Notes under the pieces: model-generated
The model's database searches: none
Told to the model about the DNA's origin: nothing
The model's input: only the letters and a program-made list of their open reading frames with translations
Part shown: positions 5,724-11,083 of the stretch, piece by piece
Numbering within the stretch: position 1 is the stretch's first letter
Layout of the letters: each line of letters opens with the position of its first letter
From: Deinococcales bacterium
GTDB lineage: Bacteria > Deinococcota > Deinococci > Deinococcales > JAAFIG01
Direction of reading: 5' to 3'
Assembly (NCBI GenBank): GCA_031414595.1
Contig: JANNVX010000094.1
Location: forward strand, 1-11,083
DNA: 11,083 nucleotides
Made by a program: the position numbers and the translations under genes

Positions 5724-8291
5724 ATGACGAACGGAACTGACCAATCTGGGACTTCTAAGCCACTTGATTCAAACACCAAAGCCAATCTAAAAACTGCGGT
5801 GCGAACATATTGGCAAGTCATGGAAATGCTGATTAGAAGCCGCAAAAGCGCTTTTAAGAAAGATGGCGATGATGATACTCAAGAAAAATCCATAGACAAA
5901 TCTGATTATGAAAACTGGGAGTATTGGCTCGAATGGTCACCAGATGTTTTTGCACTGACATCGCTGATTCTCGAGACCACTGGCTGGTATCGGGATATGC
6001 CAGACAATGATTTTGCTAAACACCCAATACCAAAAAATGCAAAAGTTGAATGGAAGCACATTCGTAGAGCGTGGCTGGCTTTGATGTCTGGCGAGTTGAC
6101 TAGAATTTTGATAGACAACAAAGTAATTTCTCGAGGTGACGACGAGTTAAAATCCGTCCTATCAAACCTCGAAGAGTTTGATAAAGGTAAACCAAACACA
6201 GCCTTAGAAAAAATACTTTTGGATGAAGAGCATGAGGGGCAAGAAGATTTCCCTACATTGGTACTAGAAGCAGTCAAATACATTAAAAAAATAATTTCCG
6301 AACTGCATCAGACTTTTACCAACCAGAACATAAAATTGAATAAGGGTGAGTCCTCTGGCAGTTGGGAAAAAGATATACGCGATAAAATCTTCTGGCTTCA
6401 TGCTGCTTCAGATGAAGCCTCTAAGAATTTTGGTTTTATGAGTGGTGGACATGGGCATTGTACCATCGTTAAATTTCTTGCCCACAGCTTTCTTGAAATT
6501 CGTGGTTCTTTGTCGCGGATTGATAGGCACTTTGGTGTCGTACTGCCAAAAATGCGTACCCCACAGGTCGGACTAACTTTGCGGAGCGCTTCACACCACT
6601 TGTGTTTTTGTCGCTCAGAGGTTATAACCACTTGGCGCACTTTTCCGTGGATTGGAAATACAGAACGTGAAATGAGCGTTTTGCTTGTACCGTATCCAGC
6701 AACTTTTCAACGTAACGCCATAAAACCAGTTGTGCCTAAATCAAAACCTGCTGATGGTTATGGATATTTTACTTACGAACCAAAACCTGACCAATCTGGT
6801 ACTGCTGCTGTTCAGTACGTTAAAAGTTTGCTCGAAAAGGCAGAAGAAGAAATAAATAAATCCATTGATGTTATTTTAATGCCAGAATTATCGTTAAGCC
6901 CTGAAGAATTCGAGCAAATATTAGCCTTTTTAGAGCAGCACGGTACTAAAGGAGATACGAAAACTCCGCCAGTTCTGATTGCAGGGGTTCGTGGATTTTT
7001 ATCCAAATCACCTGACTGTAAACAGCAAGATGATACACAAGATAAACAAGGTCAAAACATCGTCTATGTCGCCGCTTATTTCTACGACCAGTGGTGTGTT
7101 TATGAGCAACATAAGCACCATCGCTGGATGCTCGAGAAGCAACAAATCAATCAGTATAAGTTGACCCTGCCAACCAACAAAAAGTATTGGGAAAATATCG
7201 AGATTCCGAGTCGCAACGTTACTTTTTTTATGCCAAACCCGTGGCTCTGCCTCTGCCCACTTATTTGCGAAGACTTAGCCCGAAGCGAGCCAGTCTCGAG
7301 TTTAATCCGTACCGTTGGACCGAACTTGTTGGTAGCGCTGCTGCTCGATGGACCTCAACTCAAGGAACGCTGGTCGGGACGATATGCGGCTGTTTTTGCC
7401 GATGACCCCGGTTGTAGCGTGATTACCCTGACCTCGCTTGGTTTTGTTGAACAAGTCAGGTACAGCGACCAAGTGCCGAACAGAACCATTTCTTTGTACA
7501 AACAAAACGATGGCACAACCCTGCCTATTTTGCTCCACGAAAACGAAAGTGGTGCAATTATTACCCTAAAGGCAGTATCGGAAAAAGAATTTAGTGTGGA
7601 TGGGCGTAGTGATGAAGGAATTGCTAGTTATATCAGAATTCAAGACCCAAGAGTATTGCCGATTGCAAAACCAAATGACTCAGAGGTGACCTTAGATACT
7701 AAAATAGTCCCCCAAAACTATAGTGGCTATAGCATTACCGAGCAAATGACCATAACATTGCTTTCAATTTGTACAGATGTTTGTTTGGAAGCAACAAAAG
7801 AAGTCTTAGAGGATGTAGAGGCAATAATATTACAACGTAATGATTTTAATCTAAATACATGGCAACCGAAAACACATTGTACGCCAGCCATTGCAAAATT
7901 TGTTGCAAAAGAAATTCAAAGCAAACTACTAGATTTTTTGAAAAAGGAAGATGATATTGAGAAAGAAAGTAAATGGGTGACTCGATTAGAAATTCTATTG
8001 GCATTTATAAGACAAGCCTCTGATCAACAACCTCGAGATTGGAATGCAAGAAGACAACAGTGGGATAACTTGGTCGAAAGCCTGTCCAAAAATGACGCTG
8101 ATCCGCTTGTAAAAAAATTAGTCTATTGGACTATTCATAACCGTTTAGACTTTTATAAGTCCCAGCCTCGGCATTTGGAAAAACCAGATGAAGATACAGT
8201 GAATAAAGAATTAGGTAAGATTTATTCAGAATTCTACAAGATATACGAACCTCAAGCACACAAATCAGCTTCACTTGAGGGCAGTAAATGA
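5724..8291 (+). CDS. Large carbon-nitrogen hydrolase (nitrilase-fold) domain protein with uncharacterised N- and C-terminal regions
   Basis: 855 aa. Triad-like motifs in nitrilase order: DVILMPELSL (E388), YEQHKHH (K464), PLICEDLA (C515). About 300 aa N-terminal and about 210 aa C-terminal extensions are not recognised. Confidence 0.75.
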   Translation: MTNGTDQSGTSKPLDSNTKANLKTAVRTYWQVMEMLIRSRKSAFKKDGDDDTQEKSIDKSDYENWEYWLEWSPDVFALTSLILETTGWYRDMPDNDFAKHPIPKNAKVEWKHIRRAWLALMSGELTRILIDNKVISRGDDELKSVLSNLEEFDKGKPNTALEKILLDEEHEGQEDFPTLVLEAVKYIKKIISELHQTFTNQNIKLNKGESSGSWEKDIRDKIFWLHAASDEASKNFGFMSGGHGHCTIVKFLAHSFLEIRGSLSRIDRHFGVVLPKMRTPQVGLTLRSASHHLCFCRSEVITTWRTFPWIGNTEREMSVLLVPYPATFQRNAIKPVVPKSKPADGYGYFTYEPKPDQSGTAAVQYVKSLLEKAEEEINKSIDVILMPELSLSPEEFEQILAFLEQHGTKGDTKTPPVLIAGVRGFLSKSPDCKQQDDTQDKQGQNIVYVAAYFYDQWCVYEQHKHHRWMLEKQQINQYKLTLPTNKKYWENIEIPSRNVTFFMPNPWLCLCPLICEDLARSEPVSSLIRTVGPNLLVALLLDGPQLKERWSGRYAAVFADDPGCSVITLTSLGFVEQVRYSDQVPNRTISLYKQNDGTTLPILLHENESGAIITLKAVSEKEFSVDGRSDEGIASYIRIQDPRVLPIAKPNDSEVTLDTKIVPQNYSGYSITEQMTITLLSICTDVCLEATKEVLEDVEAIILQRNDFNLNTWQPKTHCTPAIAKFVAKEIQSKLLDFLKKEDDIEKESKWVTRLEILLAFIRQASDQQPRDWNARRQQWDNLVESLSKNDADPLVKKLVYWTIHNRLDFYKSQPRHLEKPDEDTVNKELGKIYSEFYKIYEPQAHKSASLEGSK

Positions 8292-10810
8292 GCCACACGG
8301 TGCCGCGTCATACGGTGCGTTTTTCTACGGTGATGTTTGGTGGAACAAGCCTAGCAATTTACATGAGCGGTGTCGCCCAAGAATTACTGCACCTGACTCG
8401 AGCTACCCAAAAAACCTTTGGAGAATGTTCTGACCTCGAGAAACAGTATTTTCATATCGCCAATTTGTATGGACATTTCCGTCAACATGAAAATAAAGAC
8501 TTACCAGTACAAATGCTAAAGTGTACAGATTCTCAATACGCCAGCGCAGAATTTATCGTTGATATTCTAAGTGGTACTTCGGCAGGTGGATTAAACGCCT
8601 CTTTTCTGGCTCGAGCCTTGGTGATGGGTGGGGATTTAGAAGTATTGACTACAGTCTGGGCAAAGCAAGGAGGTGCGGCGGAATTACTGCAAGCACCAAA
8701 AGCAGCCAAGTGTTCGTTTTTTGATGGCGATAAATTTTTCCAAGAAATTTATAAAGCATTAGACCAGATTAAAGGTGAGTATCCAGTTAATTACAGGGTT
8801 GATTTGTTTAACACCGTAACCGACCTTCAAGGTATCAACCGTAAACTGCCTTTGATTAACCGCAACGAATTGGTTCATACCCATTTATTCCATTTCCGCT
8901 ATTCGCCTAGTGCAGCCTCTGACCCTTTTGCAAATACTACCATGCTTGCCTATGCCAGTAGGGTTAGCGCTGGAATTCCACCAGCATTCAGTACCCTTTC
9001 CCTAAAAGAAGCCTATGCACTAAACGGTAGTTCAGAATTGTTAAACGGCAACTTATTTCCAAAAGAATTAAAAGATAAATTTGCAATACGCCGATACAGC
9101 GATGGTGGTATTTTGGACAATAAACCTTTTGGTGCTGCGATTAAGGCCATGAAAAATAGCTATGGCGTTGGGCGTAGGGTTTTGATTTATCTCGAGCCAA
9201 TAGGAGAAGCATCAATAGCACAAAGCCCCGAAAATAATCCAACCCATCCCTTTTTTGACCTGCTTAAAAGTGGTTTAGACATTCGTCAAAAAGAAAATAT
9301 TCGCACCGATTTAGAGCAGTTAGAAAGAATAAACATATTGGCTCAACACCTTCAAAAAACAGAAGCATATATTTTAGGAAAAGTTGAGCTTACAAGAATT
9401 AAAGACTTTGAAAAATCATCTCTGGACGATATGGTCAAGGTCTATGGGATGGGTTATCCGATGTACCATAAACTTAAACTCGATTTGGTACTCAATTGGT
9501 TAGCCCAACGGATGGCTCATGTTTTTGACGACAGCCAAACCTTAAAGCAGATTCAGAATCAATTACAAGATTGGTACACACGTCACTACAGCGATAACGG
9601 GGAAGATAACAAATTATTTGCAAACACTTTCTTAAATGACTTTGATGTTCTATTTAGAATTCGCCGTTTAGTGAGCTTGCGCGACGTAGTGCGGCGCGAA
9701 TATTTGAAGAATGCCACCGAGGAACATAAACAGCTATACAACGACCTCGAGCGCTATATCCAAATATGGGACAACGTAGATGAAAGAATCCAAAATGACC
9801 CGAAGTGCAGGGAGGCAATCCAGGCATTTTTGCAAACCGAAAAGCCTACGGCAGACGCTCTTAACACACTAAAAGTTCTCATCGAAAAAACTCGCCAAGA
9901 TGTGTCCGAGTCACTTAAAAAAACATTAAAACTGGACAAAAATAACCTCAATAATCCAACTTCTTTTCTAAAGCATTACTTGAGTTCTAATCACATCGAT
10001 ATGGTGCTGCTGCCAGCCGCCGCAACTTTGGGGGATGAGCGGTTAATTCCAATAGATGTCTGGCGAATTGGGACAGAAGAAGCCTCAACAAGAAAATTTG
10101 AGCCACCAAAATTAGCGGGGGTACAATTGGCATTTTTCGGGGCTTTTTTTCGTACAGAATGGAGGTTAAACGATATTTTGTGGGGTAGGTTGGATGCCAG
10201 CGAGATTCTGGTCAAGCGATTATTTTCCTATGAAACTTTGACTGAACCTCAACAGCATCAACTGGATAAAGTTATTGAAAACCTACAAAATGCCATCTGG
10301 ATAGATTTTTGGAACAGCATCAGCCGCGACAAAGACATGAAAACAAAATTCACCGAGCTATACACAAGTGCAGGAGACAACACAAACCTTGATACTGTTT
10401 TAGCAAGCCGACTGGACGAAATGTCACTAGACGCTAGAAAAGACATGAAAACGCTGGTGAAAGCCTTGCGTTTTTTACCAACGTTTTTTAATTTTACCAA
10501 GACTGGCTTAAAAATAGCCGATGGTCTTGCCACTACTTGGGTCAATTTTCAAAATGGAATGAGAACGTGGTTTGCTGTAAATATCATATTGACCGTATTT
10601 GTATTTTGTCTCAATTTGGGGCAGATTGCTCAGTATCTAGCCATTATGTTGTGGGCAGTGTGGTTTTTTATTTGTGGCACTCTTTTAGTGTGGCGCTTTT
10701 TGCCAACTTTGGTCGGGTTCTATTTTGGAATTGTCTTACCATTCTCAAAATGGATTAAAGCACTGCTTGCTAGAGAAGTTAAAAAGTCGATTCCTAGTGA
10801 TTTGTCCTGA
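8288..10810 (+). CDS. Patatin-like phospholipase with DUF3376-type region and C-terminal transmembrane helices
   Basis: 840 aa. Oxyanion loop GGTSLAIY, nucleophile GTSAG (S98), catalytic DGG (D272, YSDGGILDNKPF). The segment KLAGVQLAFFGAFFRTEWRLNDILWGRLDASE is DUF3376-type. Hydrophobic tail at about aa 760-820. ATGA overlap with the upstream gene. Confidence 0.88.
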   Translation: MSHTVPRHTVRFSTVMFGGTSLAIYMSGVAQELLHLTRATQKTFGECSDLEKQYFHIANLYGHFRQHENKDLPVQMLKCTDSQYASAEFIVDILSGTSAGGLNASFLARALVMGGDLEVLTTVWAKQGGAAELLQAPKAAKCSFFDGDKFFQEIYKALDQIKGEYPVNYRVDLFNTVTDLQGINRKLPLINRNELVHTHLFHFRYSPSAASDPFANTTMLAYASRVSAGIPPAFSTLSLKEAYALNGSSELLNGNLFPKELKDKFAIRRYSDGGILDNKPFGAAIKAMKNSYGVGRRVLIYLEPIGEASIAQSPENNPTHPFFDLLKSGLDIRQKENIRTDLEQLERINILAQHLQKTEAYILGKVELTRIKDFEKSSLDDMVKVYGMGYPMYHKLKLDLVLNWLAQRMAHVFDDSQTLKQIQNQLQDWYTRHYSDNGEDNKLFANTFLNDFDVLFRIRRLVSLRDVVRREYLKNATEEHKQLYNDLERYIQIWDNVDERIQNDPKCREAIQAFLQTEKPTADALNTLKVLIEKTRQDVSESLKKTLKLDKNNLNNPTSFLKHYLSSNHIDMVLLPAAATLGDERLIPIDVWRIGTEEASTRKFEPPKLAGVQLAFFGAFFRTEWRLNDILWGRLDASEILVKRLFSYETLTEPQQHQLDKVIENLQNAIWIDFWNSISRDKDMKTKFTELYTSAGDNTNLDTVLASRLDEMSLDARKDMKTLVKALRFLPTFFNFTKTGLKIADGLATTWVNFQNGMRTWFAVNIILTVFVFCLNLGQIAQYLAIMLWAVWFFICGTLLVWRFLPTLVGFYFGIVLPFSKWIKALLAREVKKSIPSDLS

Positions 10811-10967
10811 ATTACTTTAATGTCTGCTCGAGTTGCGAATCAGTTACCAACTTGATAACCTATTTGTATGGCAAGGGATTTATTTCATAATGCAGTTCGG
10901 CACGCGCTCGAGAAAGAACAATGGTTAATAACCAATGACCCCCTAAGGATTTGTCCCAGAATAACTT
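10793..10967 (+). repeat. Imperfect 25/26-bp direct repeat (possible IS/MITE ends)
   Basis: CCTAGTGATTTGTCC-TGAATTACTT (10793-10817) vs CCTAAGGATTTGTCCCAGAATAACTT (10942-10967): 21 of 26 aligned positions identical. Confidence 0.55.
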
Positions 10968-10984
10968 CCCGATTTCAAGAATAG
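10868..10984 (+). pseudogene. xisH: Truncated XisH-family (PD-(D/E)xK nuclease-like) gene
   Basis: Manual translation MARDLFHNAVRHALEKEQWLITNDPLRI matches the XisH N-terminus (A[KR]DxFHxAVRxALxKxxWxITxDPL). Similarity ends there, and the frame stops after 38 aa, well short of a full-length XisH. Confidence 0.8.
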
Positions 10985-11083
10985 TGTCATTCGGTTCTCG
11001 GTTTGGTAAAGTCATTTGAATGCAGACCTACTCACTAAAAGTCAAAAATATGATGTTACGGCTGTACCAGTCACTTAATGAAC

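Noticed and set aside
5615-10758. Small ORFs overlapping the nitrilase and patatin genes (5615-5845, 5906-6283, 6398-6640, 6812-7006, 6979-7164, 7187-7405, 7302-7538, 9754-9951, 9991-10215, 10258-10545, 10537-10758)
   Set aside because: They are antisense or out-of-frame shadows of long motif-bearing CDSs.
5724-10810. Assignment to CBASS, DRT1, Thoeris or Sir2-HerA
   Set aside because: I see no CD-NTase, no RT (Y/F)xDD motif in an RT context, and no TIR, macro/SLOG, HerA or Argonaute gene in the window.
1-11083. CRISPR array, tRNA, rRNA or integrase
   Set aside because: No regularly spaced repeats, RNA-gene signatures or recombinase motifs were seen.

Overview
The left half (1-4050) is ordinary chromosomal DNA, probably from a Deinococcota bacterium. 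That assignment is an inference from leaderless TANNNT -10 boxes 5-7 nt before most start codons and a strong excess of CTCGAG. It carries the 5' end of an IS630-like transposase, a CvpA-family gene, ruvX/yqgF, a TCR/Tet-family MFS exporter and a Tat-exported flavin amine oxidase. The right half is accessory DNA. A Phd-like antitoxin with a decayed PIN toxin comes first. A three-gene module follows: a stand-alone SIR2-like gene with altered motifs (minus strand), transcribed divergently from a translationally coupled pair. The pair encodes an 855-aa carbon-nitrogen hydrolase (nitrilase-fold) protein with an intact E-K-C triad and an 840-aa membrane-anchored patatin/DUF3376 phospholipase. The module is followed by a truncated XisH gene bracketed by an imperfect direct repeat. 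The SIR2 + nitrilase + patatin module is the best candidate for an undescribed, probably anti-phage/conflict, system. All family calls are by eye from motifs; no searches were run.
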